Positions 19,434 to 29,024 of a stretch of DNA of 64,000 bases are shown here, in pieces. The translations under genes were made by a program, and so were the position numbers. The stretch's first letter is position 1. Every line of letters starts with the position of its first letter. Source of the stretch: Candidatus Staskawiczbacteria bacterium RIFCSPLOWO2_01_FULL_33_13 (GTDB lineage Bacteria > Patescibacteriota > Minisyncoccia > Minisyncoccales > Staskawiczbacteraceae); assembly GCA_001820215.1 (NCBI GenBank), contig MHOW01000006.1:47039-111038 (forward strand). The letters run 5' to 3'. The notes beneath the pieces are model-generated. The model did no database searches. It saw only the letters and a list, made by a program, of their open reading frames with translations, and was not told the DNA's origin.

Positions 19434-19621
19434 CTTTGAATTACGAAATGCTTTCTAGGCCTGCCTGCCGGCAAGCAGGCATTTTTTTCAAATTTGGAGG
19501 TGAAAATTTGATAGAATTATTTTACCTAGTAAACTAGGTAAAATAATTATTGCGAATTTTTAACCCAAATTTGGATAAAAGACCTGAAATATGCTTTTAT
19601 TGTGCATTTCGTAATTCAAAG
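19434..19621. repeat. Family A element with nested 20-bp insertion
   Basis: ctttgaattacgaaatgc ... gcatttcgtaattcaaag; interior near-identical to the 46597 copy. Confidence 0.85.
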
Positions 19622-19637
19622 CTATCGACAATATATT

Positions 19638-20666
19638 CTATCGACCCCTAAGCTTACTTTGAGTATTCACAATACTTATTTCAAGCGTCCTGATTTGAGT
19701 CGTCATATTTTGTAATTCAAGAGTAATACCAAATGACCTTCTATTAAGAGTAGCAGTTAATTCATCTATTTGTGATCTAATTGATTTTATTTTTTCTTCT
19801 TCCCTCAATCTATATTGTTTTTGTTTTGCGCTTTCTGAATCCTTCCCTTTTCCACTAGCATAATCCTCTTTGGCTCGTGAAACCGCGTTAGCACTCAATA
19901 AAGATTCAAGCTCTTTTAATTTGTTTTGCAATGACCTTTTTGTAAGACTATCGGCTAAGTCACCTATTTGTAATTTAGTTGATTCTATTTCTCTTTCTAT
20001 ATTTAATCTATCTTGTTTTTCTTTTCCTGATTCTTCGCTTCTTGTGGGAAGTCCACGAGCAGAATCCCCTATGGCTAATGCAACTGTGGTAGCACTCCAT
20101 AAAGATCTAAGCCTTCCTAATTCTTTTTGCATCGCGTTAATCTCTTTGCGCCCATTAAATATCGCTTCATTAAGATTAATATACAATCTCGTCCTCTCTG
20201 ATATTTGCTGGGCCAACCCCGACCTTAACTCTTGTTTTGTTTTTGGTCCTTCTTGTTTTTGTCCTTGTTGATTTTTATTTCCTTGCGCCTCAGTATTTCC
20301 AACAACACCAGCTAAAAAAGCTGTGGCAAGAATAGATCCTCCAATCTTTTTAAACAACCCCCCACCTTTTTTGGCCAATTTGGGTTTTGATCTTTGTTCT
20401 CCTTGTAATATTTCTACCGCCCCCATATTTTTTTTAAAACTAGAACCTTCACCCTCTTGCCCCATTATTTCTTTTAATTCTGTAGCTAATCTTTCTGCAT
20501 CTGCCATAATTTGATCAGGATTTAAATCTTCGCCTTCAGCTCTAATGTCACCCGCTTCCACCCCACCCCTCAAACTAAAATCGTCTTCATGCAAATCTGA
20601 ATTTGGTAAATCTTTGTTATGCTTTGGCAATTCTTCTTCTGATTCTATTCTCCTTTCGTTAAACAT
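19638..20666 (-). CDS. Hypothetical coiled-coil protein with internal signal-like segment
   Basis: 342-aa ORF; acidic N-terminus, then KK..SILATAFLAGVV..TEAQ; overlaps the murE stop. Confidence 0.7.
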   Translation of the reverse strand: MFNERRIESEEELPKHNKDLPNSDLHEDDFSLRGGVEAGDIRAEGEDLNPDQIMADAERLATELKEIMGQEGEGSSFKKNMGAVEILQGEQRSKPKLAKKGGGLFKKIGGSILATAFLAGVVGNTEAQGNKNQQGQKQEGPKTKQELRSGLAQQISERTRLYINLNEAIFNGRKEINAMQKELGRLRSLWSATTVALAIGDSARGLPTRSEESGKEKQDRLNIEREIESTKLQIGDLADSLTKRSLQNKLKELESLLSANAVSRAKEDYASGKGKDSESAKQKQYRLREEEKIKSIRSQIDELTATLNRRSFGITLELQNMTTQIRTLEISIVNTQSKLRGR

Positions 20667-21939
20667 ATTTTTTATTTTTTAATAATATTTCCTCTTTTAT
20701 TATTTCTTTATCGCTCCAAGGAATCTTTCTTCCCCCATCAACACACATCCATACTTCCGATCCCTTACCTGTGATTATAACTGTATTTTCATCTTTTGAC
20801 AAGCCTAATGCCTTTTTTATAGCTTCTTTCCTGTCTAACACTATATGATAGTCGCGGTTATTAATACCACTGGCAATTTGTTCCATAATTTCTAATGGAT
20901 CTTCATCGTAAGGGTCTTCATTAGTAATAATTATTTCCTTACAATATTGTTCTGCTATTTTACCCAAAACGGGCCTTTTCCATTTATCTCTTCCGCCCCC
21001 ACAAGAACCAAAAACACAAACCAAATTCTTACCAGGTAAAGACTTATAAACTTGCTCAAGTTGTTCTGGCGTATGAGCGTAGTCTACGATTATTAAAGGA
21101 TTTTTTGACACTATCTCCATTCTACCAAAAATACCCCTAACTTTTTCTAATGCTTTCTTGCAAATTTCTAGAGAAATTCCCTGCGATAGACCAACCGAAA
21201 TTGCAGCCAGAGTGTTGTATATATTAAACTCACCCATTAAAGAAATATTGAATCTGGTATCTTGAATCTTGAATAGTAAACCATCTTTAATAATTTCAAC
21301 ATTATCTGCTTCTATTATTTTTGAATCTTGGGTTGTGTTTTTGAGTTTTGAGTTTTGAGTTTTGAGTTTAAAACCTATTTTTTCTTTTGCCGAAATATCC
21401 CAAAAATATTGTGCGTTATCATCTGCAATATTTATAATATGAATATTTTTTGTCGCTTTAAATAATTTAAATTTCTCATTTCTATAATTTTCAAATCCTC
21501 CATGCGACTCTATGTGTTCGGGGCTTAAATTAGTAAAAACAACTGTATTAAAATTTATAAACTTATGGCGGTATTGTTTGATACCCTCTGAAGTAACTTC
21601 TAAAACAGCATATTGGCATTTTTCATTTACTGCTTCCCTTAAAAATTTGTGAATCATAAATCTTCCAGGCATTGTCATTTTCAGCTCATTTTTCCATTCT
21701 TTGGCCTTAATTTTAAACCTAATAGAAGAAAGAGAGGCAACACTATTGCCATTTTCTTCCAATATTTTTGTTATAAAGTCAACCGTGGTTGATTTACCAC
21801 TAGTTCCTGTAACTCCGATAACAATTAATTTATTTCCCGGAAACCAAAAAACAACAGTGCCTATTAATGCCAGCCCATAGTGGTAAAAATTCAATAAAAA
21901 AGCAGGGGCTAAATTTTTAATTGATTTTTTAATATTCAC
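20659..21939 (-). CDS. murE: UDP-N-acetylmuramoyl-tripeptide ligase (MurE)
   Basis: GVTGTSGKSTT, LEVTSEG, TNLSPEH, GRME, VDYAHTP, GGGRD..KR, NEDPY.EDP. Confidence 0.9.
   Translation of the reverse strand: MNIKKSIKNLAPAFLLNFYHYGLALIGTVVFWFPGNKLIVIGVTGTSGKSTTVDFITKILEENGNSVASLSSIRFKIKAKEWKNELKMTMPGRFMIHKFLREAVNEKCQYAVLEVTSEGIKQYRHKFINFNTVVFTNLSPEHIESHGGFENYRNEKFKLFKATKNIHIINIADDNAQYFWDISAKEKIGFKLKTQNSKLKNTTQDSKIIEADNVEIIKDGLLFKIQDTRFNISLMGEFNIYNTLAAISVGLSQGISLEICKKALEKVRGIFGRMEIVSKNPLIIVDYAHTPEQLEQVYKSLPGKNLVCVFGSCGGGRDKWKRPVLGKIAEQYCKEIIITNEDPYDEDPLEIMEQIASGINNRDYHIVLDRKEAIKKALGLSKDENTVIITGKGSEVWMCVDGGRKIPWSDKEIIKEEILLKNKKYV
21338..21369. repeat. Heptamer array (TTTTGAG)x4 in-frame in murE
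   Basis: Encodes KLKTQNSKLK. Confidence 0.8.
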
Positions 21940-21972
21940 TTTTCTAATAAAACTTTTGATAATAAATAAGAC

Positions 21973-22371
21973 CTACACCACACCAATGTGTAATAATTTA
22001 AATTTTTGACACAAAGGACAAATTTCATTCTTGTGTTCATTGGGCCACCCAATTACATCTAAACCCTCTCTTATACAAAAAGCTTTACACCCCTCACATC
22101 CCACCATAAATCTTCTAGCGCCCCTTTCTTTTTTGCCCCATTCTTCTTCGACTTTATTAAAAATTTTTGAATAATTTTCTATACGCCTAGTCTCTAATTC
22201 TTGAGCCTCGTTTATGCGTGTCTTTTTCTCGCGTATAAAGTATGACTTTGGGAGAACATTATCTTTATTTGGAATTCCTTCAACTCTGCGTGTCTGTTTT
22301 TCACGAATAAAATACGGCTTTTTTGGAACATCGCCTTCGCTTGGATTTAAAAACTCTGGACTATTTGACAT
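21973..22371 (-). CDS. Hypothetical protein with internal repeat and Cys motifs
   Basis: YFIREK(Q/K)TR twice; CEGC..C and CPLC. Confidence 0.6.
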   Translation of the reverse strand: MSNSPEFLNPSEGDVPKKPYFIREKQTRRVEGIPNKDNVLPKSYFIREKKTRINEAQELETRRIENYSKIFNKVEEEWGKKERGARRFMVGCEGCKAFCIREGLDVIGWPNEHKNEICPLCQKFKLLHIGVV

Positions 22372-22389
22372 TTTTTGAAATTTTTAAAT

Positions 22390-22551
22390 TAGACCTAGTG
22401 CATAAAGGTCTTCTTAGTGAAATGGTTAGATTTCGAGCTGCACATTTGATAGAATTTTTAGTTTTACCCTATGGGTAAGACTAAAAATTATAGCGAATTT
22501 GTGGCCGAAATATAGCCGTTGCAGTAGAAAGACCTTTATGCGCTGGGTCTA
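22390..22551. repeat. Family C hairpin element
   Basis: tagacctagtgcataaaggtctt ... aagacctttatgcgctgggtcta. Confidence 0.8.
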
Positions 22552-22718
22552 TTTAATAAAAATAATTATCTATGGGCTTACGCCCATAGTATTAAGCAGT
22601 AATTTTATATATCCTGATATAGTATAACTTCTGCGGCTGCAGAAATTACACTATAACAGGATGCTTTTCATCCCTTGTGCTTACGCGCGGGGAATTTCGG
22701 AGGAAAATTAAACCCTAA

Positions 22719-23288
22719 TCAAACTTTTCCTAAACTTTTTAAAGCAATTTTTATCCTTTCTTCCACATTTTTTATATTAGGGGGAACGCTTCTTAAAGCT
22801 TCTTGTGCCTGCTGGCTTGAAAAACCAAGTTGAGTTAAGGCACTTTCTGCATCATCTTTTGGTTTTTTAGATTTCAAACTACTAAGCATTTTAATTTTCC
22901 CTGTGAGTTCTAAAATAATCGTCATCGCTTTTTTTGCGCCAATTCCAGGAATACCTTCAAATATTTTTTCATCTTGGGACAAAATCCTGTCTTTTATTTT
23001 TTCTAATGAACCAAGCGCCGCAATATCTAAAGCGGATTTAGGCCCAACGCCCCTAATATCCATTAATAATTCAAAAAAATCAAGCTCATCATAAGTTAAA
23101 AAGCCATACAGATCTGATGCCTCTTCTTTGACATTGTGAAAACAAAATAGTTTGATATTGTCTGTTTTTTCTGCTACTTTTAATAAAGTTTGGCTGGATA
23201 AAAAAACCTTATAGCCGATTCCGCCCACTTGAACAATAACAAACTTATCTTTTTTTAAAATAATATTGCCTTCTAAATAGCTTATCAT
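22719..23288 (-). CDS. ruvA: Holliday junction DNA-binding protein RuvA
   Basis: MISYLEG, GIGYKV, LYGF, GVGPK.A, IPGIG.K.A, AL..LGF. Confidence 0.95.
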   Translation of the reverse strand: MISYLEGNIILKKDKFVIVQVGGIGYKVFLSSQTLLKVAEKTDNIKLFCFHNVKEEASDLYGFLTYDELDFFELLMDIRGVGPKSALDIAALGSLEKIKDRILSQDEKIFEGIPGIGAKKAMTIILELTGKIKMLSSLKSKKPKDDAESALTQLGFSSQQAQEALRSVPPNIKNVEERIKIALKSLGKV

Positions 23289-23300
23289 TACTACATAATA

Positions 23301-23471
23301 ACCTTAAATTACAAAATGCTCAAATAAAAACGAGTTTCTGGTCTTTTATTCAAATTTTAGTCGAAAACTCGCAATAATTATTTTATGTAGTAAACTACAT
23401 AAAATAATTCTATCAAATTTTCAATATAAAATTTGAAAAAAATACCTAGAAAGCATTTTGTAATTCAAGGT
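23301..23471. repeat. Family A element (inverse orientation to 19434)
   Basis: accttaaattacaaaatgct ... agcattttgtaattcaaggt; fills the divergent ruvA/uvrB gap. Confidence 0.85.
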
Positions 23472-23477
23472 AATAGC

Positions 23478-25445
23478 ATGAAATTCCAACTAATATCCAA
23501 ATTTACGCCTAAAGGCGACCAGCCGCAGGCAATTAAAAAACTGACCGAAAACTTAAAATCTGGCAAAAATCACCAGGTTCTTTTAGGTGTTACGGGTTCT
23601 GGTAAAACATTTACTATGGCTTCTGTAATTGAAAAATGCCAAAAACCAACGCTAATCATTTCGCCAAATAAAACACTTGCGGCCCAACTTTACCAAGAAT
23701 TTAAAGAATTTTTTCCCAATAATGCGGTTCATTATTTTGTTTCTTACTATGATTATTACCAGCCCGAAGCCTATATTCCCCAAACAAACACTTATATAGA
23801 AAAAGATGCAAAAATAAACCAAGAAATAGACCGACTAAGGCATTCTGCGGTGCAAGATATTGTTTCGCGCAAAGATGTAATTGTGATAGCTTCAGTATCT
23901 TGCATTTATAACATTGGATCTCCTGTAAATTACCAATCAGTTTCGCTAATCATAAAAGCAAAACAGAAAATAAAACGCAAAGATTTTATTTTGCATCTTA
24001 TTGCATTGCAATACAAAAGAAATGATATTGAGGCAAAACCAGGATCATTCCGTGTGCGTGGGGATACTATTGAAATATATCTTGTAACAGGAGAAAAAAT
24101 ATTAAAAGTAGAATTTTCTAACAATGGCATAGAAAAAATCCTTGAATCTCCTGCCGGCGTAAATACCAAATACCAAATACTTAATACTAAATACACAATC
24201 TTCCCCGCCACATTCTGGGTAGCTCCAGAGAGTAAGATAAATATTGCGCTTGAAAATATCAAATTAGAATTACAGGAAAGATTAAAAGTGTTAAAAAAAC
24301 AAAATAAATTAGTTGAATATCAAAGATTAGAAGAAAAAACAAACTACGACTTAGAAATGTTGAAAGAAAATAATTGGTGCCAAGGCATAGAAAATTATTC
24401 AAGCCAGTTAGAATTTAGAAAACCAGGCTCGGCTCCCTTTTCACTTGTTGATTATTTTAACCATTTTAACCCTTCGGCAAGCTCAGGGCAGGTTCCCTCT
24501 GATTTTTTAATATTCATTGATGAATCACACATTTCTATTCCCCAAATAAGAGCAATGGCAATTGGAGACAAAATAAGAAAAGAAACGCTGATTAATTACG
24601 GATTTAGGCTTCCGTCTGCTCTAGATAATCGCCCATTAAAATTTCAAGAGTTTCAAGAACGCCAAAAACAAACAGTATATGTTTCGGCAACTCCGGCTGA
24701 CTACGAAAAAGAAAAATCGAGTAGTGACATTGTAGAACAATTAGTAAGGCCTACGGGATTGTTAGAACCATCAATAAAAATTAAAAAAACTGAAAACCAA
24801 ATAAAAGATTTAATAGAAGAGATAAAAAAAGAAGTTGCAAAAAACCATAGAGTTTTGGTAGTAACCTTAACAAAAAGATTGGCAGAAGAAATTTCAGACT
24901 ACTTAGCCGATAAAGAAATTAAAGCTCAATATATGCATTCCGAAATAAAAACAATGGAGCGACCAGAAATTTTAAAAAATTTCAGAGAAGGAAAGTTTGA
25001 TGTGTTAGTAGGAATTAACCTTTTAAGAGAGGGTTTAGACTTGCCCGAAGTAGCCCTAGTTGCTATTTTAGATGCTGATAAAGAGGGTTTTTTAAGAAAT
25101 AAAACAACTTTAATACAAGCTATGGGTAGAGCCGCCCGGCACATACAGGGGCGCATTATTTTATACGCCGATAAAACCACTTTCTCAATGCAAGAAGCCA
25201 TAGATGAAATTAATAGAAGAAGAAAAATACAAGAAAATTACAATAAAAAACACGGCATTACCCCCACGGCAATTATAAAAAATATTAAAAACTGGAGCCT
25301 GTCAAAAAAAGAAGATACTCTTTCTGAATTTTGGATGATCAATGATAAAAAATTACTAGAAAAAGAAATGAAACTTGCCGCCAAAAATATGGATTTTGAA
25401 AGAGCCGCAGAACTTCGTGATTTAATTGAAAAATTAAAAAAATAA
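23478..25445 (+). CDS. uvrB: Excinuclease ABC subunit B
   Basis: GDQPQAI, GVTGSGKT, YFVSYYDYYQPEAY, DESH, GINLLREGLD; ATG at 23478. Confidence 0.97.
   Translation: MKFQLISKFTPKGDQPQAIKKLTENLKSGKNHQVLLGVTGSGKTFTMASVIEKCQKPTLIISPNKTLAAQLYQEFKEFFPNNAVHYFVSYYDYYQPEAYIPQTNTYIEKDAKINQEIDRLRHSAVQDIVSRKDVIVIASVSCIYNIGSPVNYQSVSLIIKAKQKIKRKDFILHLIALQYKRNDIEAKPGSFRVRGDTIEIYLVTGEKILKVEFSNNGIEKILESPAGVNTKYQILNTKYTIFPATFWVAPESKINIALENIKLELQERLKVLKKQNKLVEYQRLEEKTNYDLEMLKENNWCQGIENYSSQLEFRKPGSAPFSLVDYFNHFNPSASSGQVPSDFLIFIDESHISIPQIRAMAIGDKIRKETLINYGFRLPSALDNRPLKFQEFQERQKQTVYVSATPADYEKEKSSSDIVEQLVRPTGLLEPSIKIKKTENQIKDLIEEIKKEVAKNHRVLVVTLTKRLAEEISDYLADKEIKAQYMHSEIKTMERPEILKNFREGKFDVLVGINLLREGLDLPEVALVAILDADKEGFLRNKTTLIQAMGRAARHIQGRIILYADKTTFSMQEAIDEINRRRKIQENYNKKHGITPTAIIKNIKNWSLSKKEDTLSEFWMINDKKLLEKEMKLAAKNMDFERAAELRDLIEKLKK
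24161..24194. repeat. Heptamer array (AAATACC-like x5) in-frame in uvrB
   Basis: Encodes NTKYQILNTKY. Confidence 0.7.
24468..24492 (+). repeat. CCTTCG..CTCAGG mini element in-frame in uvrB (NPSASSGQ)
   Basis: aacccttcggcaagctcagggcagg. Confidence 0.75.
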
Positions 25446-25457
25446 ATTTAATTTATA

Positions 25458-25496
25458 TACACCAAAAAAACAGCCCGCGGGCTGTTTTTTGATGTA
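25458..25496. terminator. Bidirectional terminator
   Basis: aaaaaacagcccg|cgggctgtttttt between convergent genes. Confidence 0.75.
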
Positions 25497-25500
25497 TAAC

Positions 25501-25725
25501 TTATCTATGTTTTTCAATGTTTGCTATATTGTGCTTAACTTTTATTATTTCATCACTGATTTTTTCAAATTCTTCTTGTTGCTCTTTACTGCGATGCATA
25601 AGAAATAAAAGTTTTTTATATCTTTCTTCTTTTTCTTTCAATTTTTTTATTTCATCCTTTAATACTTCTTCTAAATTTAAAACTGGCATTTCTTGGGTTT
25701 TTTCTGAATCAAAATTTTCTTCCAT
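25501..25725 (-). CDS. Small hypothetical coiled-coil protein
   Basis: 74-aa ORF co-oriented with neighbours, E/K-rich. Confidence 0.55.
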   Translation of the reverse strand: MEENFDSEKTQEMPVLNLEEVLKDEIKKLKEKEERYKKLLFLMHRSKEQQEEFEKISDEIIKVKHNIANIEKHR

Positions 25726-25750
25726 ATTTTTATGTATTGTGTATAAATTT

Positions 25751-28123
25751 CTATTTTGGTATTTTTACTCTGCGTTTTTTAACTGGTTTTTCTGCTGCCC
25801 TTAATTCATCTCCCCCCAACCAAATTAAGGGGTTTTTATTTTTGGAAGCATGCTCTTTAGAACTCTTCCAAGCACCCGACCAAAATCCTTTAGTAGCTAC
25901 TTTTTTTATCTCTTGGCGCGCTTTTTCATTTTCATATTCTATATTCAATGCAACTTTTTTAACTGTATACCAACTCCCTTTTGCGAAACCCGAAATCTTA
26001 CCCCAAACTCCTTTTGGCGGATTATCTTTTTGTTCTTTTTTATATTCTTCAATTCTCTCAAGTTCAGATTCTATCCCATACAACACCTCATTTTCTTGAT
26101 GTGTATCTACTATTATCTTTTGCTTCTCAATTTTGGCTTTTTGTTTTCTTTTAGCGTATCTGTCTTCATCAATTTTAATTTGCCTTTTTATGAAAGCTCC
26201 CTTTTCTTTGTCCGACATTTTGTTATATTCTTCCTCGGTTATCCCCATAAAAATTTGCATTAACATTTCATCTGTAATTTCAACACCAATCTCATCTTCG
26301 TCCTCTTCATTTTTTAATTTTTTAGGCGCCGTCTTTTTTGCATGTTTATCTTTTACTTTTTCTAATTTTTCTAATAGAAAATCATGCATTTCTTTTTTCA
26401 ATTCTTCAGGCAATCCCCATGCTTTATATGTCGACTCAAATGAATCCTCAAAAGCATTTTTAATTTCCATCCATTCTATGCCCTGATTTAAAGCATCTTT
26501 TGTATCATCTCTTGCAAACTCTATAGCTTGATTGATTGTTTTTGCTATCTCTTCGGATTTGGCTTTAGAAAGGTTATTTGATTTTAAATGCCAACCTGTA
26601 TTCTCATCTCTTTCTAACCATACTTTTGCTGGTTTTAATTCTTTTTTTTCTAAATCGTCTTTTTTTCTTGATGGTGATACCGATTCTGGTTCTACTAAAT
26701 CAGTTTTTGTATCACCCTCACCACTTTCTTTAATTTCCCTTATTTTTGATCTCACTCCCGTTGTCATTGCTGTCACTTTTTTAAATCTTTCTTGATCTTT
26801 TTCTTCACGACGCCGTATCATCATAAGCCTCATAGATTCTCCATCTAAATTTTTCAATATAATTTGCAATTCTTCTACAGTATCTGCATTTTCTATATCT
26901 TCTTTGGTAATTAGTTTTGTTCTTAAGACCTCAATTAACTCTGATTTTGTAGAGTCTATTTTATCTTGTGATACTGACTCATCCATTACTTGTGGCACTA
27001 CTAATTCTGTTTCTGAGGCATCTTTAGAATCGGGCTTTTTCTTGTCTACTTTGTCACCCGAAGGCTCTGTTAATTCTAATAATGGCCTCTCTTTAGTTTT
27101 TCTGGCGTAACCAACTACCCCATCATCATCTACATATTCAACTATCTTACTCCTTAATAATGTTGAAACTGGTTTATTATCAATTTTACCTTTAAAATAA
27201 AAATGGCTATCTATTTTATCAGAATCTCTTGAAACCTTACACTCAATAAATTCCCCATTTTCTCTAAACATAGCAAGACTTTCACCACGCAAAGAATCAC
27301 CATTACCAACTTCTTCATCTGGTTCAACTTCCTCATAATTTCGATATTTTATTGTCTCAATTCTTTGTGGTATTACTTTTTGTTTTCCATCTTTATTATA
27401 AACAAAGGATCCGTCTAAATTAAAGACTGCAAAATTCAATAATTGCTCTCCCATATTATCAGCCCCTATCTTTATTTTTTTATCTTTTTCAACAACAAGC
27501 TGTAAATATTGCTGTTTCCCAGCTTTAGAAAAATAGTAAACTTTCCTGCCCTGCAATTGCTCAAGAAGTTTTTTAGTTCTTTCTTGCCAATCTTTTTTAG
27601 TTTCCTCTTCTCCATTCTCCCGTACTTGTCTTTTTAAAGCATCTAAAAGACTCTTCTTCCCAGGTTTTGGTGATTTTTCTCCTGATTCTATTTCGGGTTT
27701 GGAATCTAAAACTGTTTCAGTGGGCATCTCGGGATGGGTTGTTGATTCTAACTTTTCTCTTCTCTTTAAATCTTCTAAACCCTGTCTCGCTGCATCAATA
27801 GTAGCTTCAGTTCGTTGTTTTTCTTTATCTGCTTCAATTAATCTTTTTAAAATTTTAACTTTTTCCTTTTTTGATTGTCCTGACATCTCAAGTAGTATTG
27901 CACCGACTTCATCAAATCTCTTTATTTCATTGGCGCTAAAATCAACCCTGTTGTGTGTATCTAAATACTCTTGGTTAATTCCCTTTAGGGCAACTATCAT
28001 TTCTTCTATTGTTAATTCTTTGGGTTTTCCAAAGTATCTCAAAATACCTAAAATACTTGTAATATTTTCTGGCTCCTGGTCTAGATATATCTCTGTTATT
28101 TTTGGTTCTTCTCCCCCTCTCAT
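25751..28123 (-). CDS. Large charged hypothetical protein
   Basis: 790-aa ORF, E/K-rich; shares a domain with 28295..28780. Confidence 0.75.
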   Translation of the reverse strand: MRGGEEPKITEIYLDQEPENITSILGILRYFGKPKELTIEEMIVALKGINQEYLDTHNRVDFSANEIKRFDEVGAILLEMSGQSKKEKVKILKRLIEADKEKQRTEATIDAARQGLEDLKRREKLESTTHPEMPTETVLDSKPEIESGEKSPKPGKKSLLDALKRQVRENGEEETKKDWQERTKKLLEQLQGRKVYYFSKAGKQQYLQLVVEKDKKIKIGADNMGEQLLNFAVFNLDGSFVYNKDGKQKVIPQRIETIKYRNYEEVEPDEEVGNGDSLRGESLAMFRENGEFIECKVSRDSDKIDSHFYFKGKIDNKPVSTLLRSKIVEYVDDDGVVGYARKTKERPLLELTEPSGDKVDKKKPDSKDASETELVVPQVMDESVSQDKIDSTKSELIEVLRTKLITKEDIENADTVEELQIILKNLDGESMRLMMIRRREEKDQERFKKVTAMTTGVRSKIREIKESGEGDTKTDLVEPESVSPSRKKDDLEKKELKPAKVWLERDENTGWHLKSNNLSKAKSEEIAKTINQAIEFARDDTKDALNQGIEWMEIKNAFEDSFESTYKAWGLPEELKKEMHDFLLEKLEKVKDKHAKKTAPKKLKNEEDEDEIGVEITDEMLMQIFMGITEEEYNKMSDKEKGAFIKRQIKIDEDRYAKRKQKAKIEKQKIIVDTHQENEVLYGIESELERIEEYKKEQKDNPPKGVWGKISGFAKGSWYTVKKVALNIEYENEKARQEIKKVATKGFWSGAWKSSKEHASKNKNPLIWLGGDELRAAEKPVKKRRVKIPK

Positions 28124-28189
28124 ATTAGTTTAAAATTTAATGATAATTTTCTATTTATCCTAACCAAACCTATTATTTATTTTTTATAA

Positions 28190-28292
28190 TAGACCCCCTG
28201 CGTAAAGATTTTTCTAGCTCAAAACATTCCTTGATCAGCAGAGCATCCCGAAGGCTGATTTTCGTAACGAAAACCTTTACGCGGTAGGTCTA
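28190..28292. repeat. Family C element, internally deleted relative to 32665
   Basis: tagaccccctgcgtaaag ... ctttacgcggtaggtcta; 3' part near-identical to 32773-32853. Confidence 0.85.
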
Positions 28293-28294
28293 AC

Positions 28295-28780
28295 CTAGTT
28301 TTTTTCCGTTTCTTTTCTTTTAATTTCATCTATCTTTCCAAAAGCCATCTTTTCTATTTTTACAGATTCGTTAAGCCTTTTTTCTTGAGTCTCACTGGCT
28401 ATACCATTGCCAATAGTTTGATAAATTGCCTCAACCTCCCTCCTTAATAAATCAATCATTTTTTCAAGCTCTTCTATTGTAGTGGCGTTTTTTATATCAT
28501 TTTCTGTAATTTGATTATGTTCCTTCAATTCCAAATTTATTTTATCACTTATTTTTTTTGCTATTTTCTGCCCGATAATTATCATTTCTCCAATTTCCTT
28601 AAGCCTATCTTCTTTTTGCTGGCTTTCGCCAAGATTCTTAATGAGTGCATTCATTTCTAATTGTAGTATTTCAAACATTCTATCAATTTCTTTTATAGTT
28701 TTAGCTTTACCCAAATCTTCTATGGTAATTAGTTTTTCTGACCCTGGCCAAGACTCTGATTCTCTTATTATGTCTATCAT
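28295..28780 (-). CDS. Hypothetical protein with two helical repeats
   Basis: IT..D...A.TI.E repeated twice. Confidence 0.65.
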   Translation of the reverse strand: MIDIIRESESWPGSEKLITIEDLGKAKTIKEIDRMFEILQLEMNALIKNLGESQQKEDRLKEIGEMIIIGQKIAKKISDKINLELKEHNQITENDIKNATTIEELEKMIDLLRREVEAIYQTIGNGIASETQEKRLNESVKIEKMAFGKIDEIKRKETEKN

Positions 28781-28883
28781 ATAATTTAAAAATTACTTTA
28801 AACTACAAAATACTTTTAATGTTCGTTAGTAATTTAGAACGAGTGAATAAAATTAAGAAATACACCAACTTAACTATTTCTTA

Positions 28884-28911
28884 ATTATAACATATATAAA
28901 TATAATGTCAA
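28884..28911 (-). promoter_or_regulatory. Sigma70-type promoter for the ORFan cluster
   Basis: TTGACA-16 nt-TATAAT on the minus strand. Confidence 0.55.
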
Positions 28912-28915
28912 GTCC

Positions 28916-28944
28916 TTGCAAAACCAACAATCATTTGCTATATT
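28916..28944 (+). promoter_or_regulatory. Probable rpsT promoter
   Basis: TTGCAA-17 nt-TATATT with TG extension. Confidence 0.45.
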
Positions 28945-29024
28945 TTATCATATTATTGTAAACTGTTAAACAAGTATTAGTCGTTATATTCTCTGTCTAG
29001 CCCCTAAACATTGTACCCAATAAA

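Noticed and set aside
19343-19537. 64-aa plus-strand ORF
   Set aside because: Runs through a family A element and its nested insert; likely spurious.
23433-23477. N-terminal extension of UvrB
   Set aside because: Derived from the family A arm; ATG at 23478 fits the family start.
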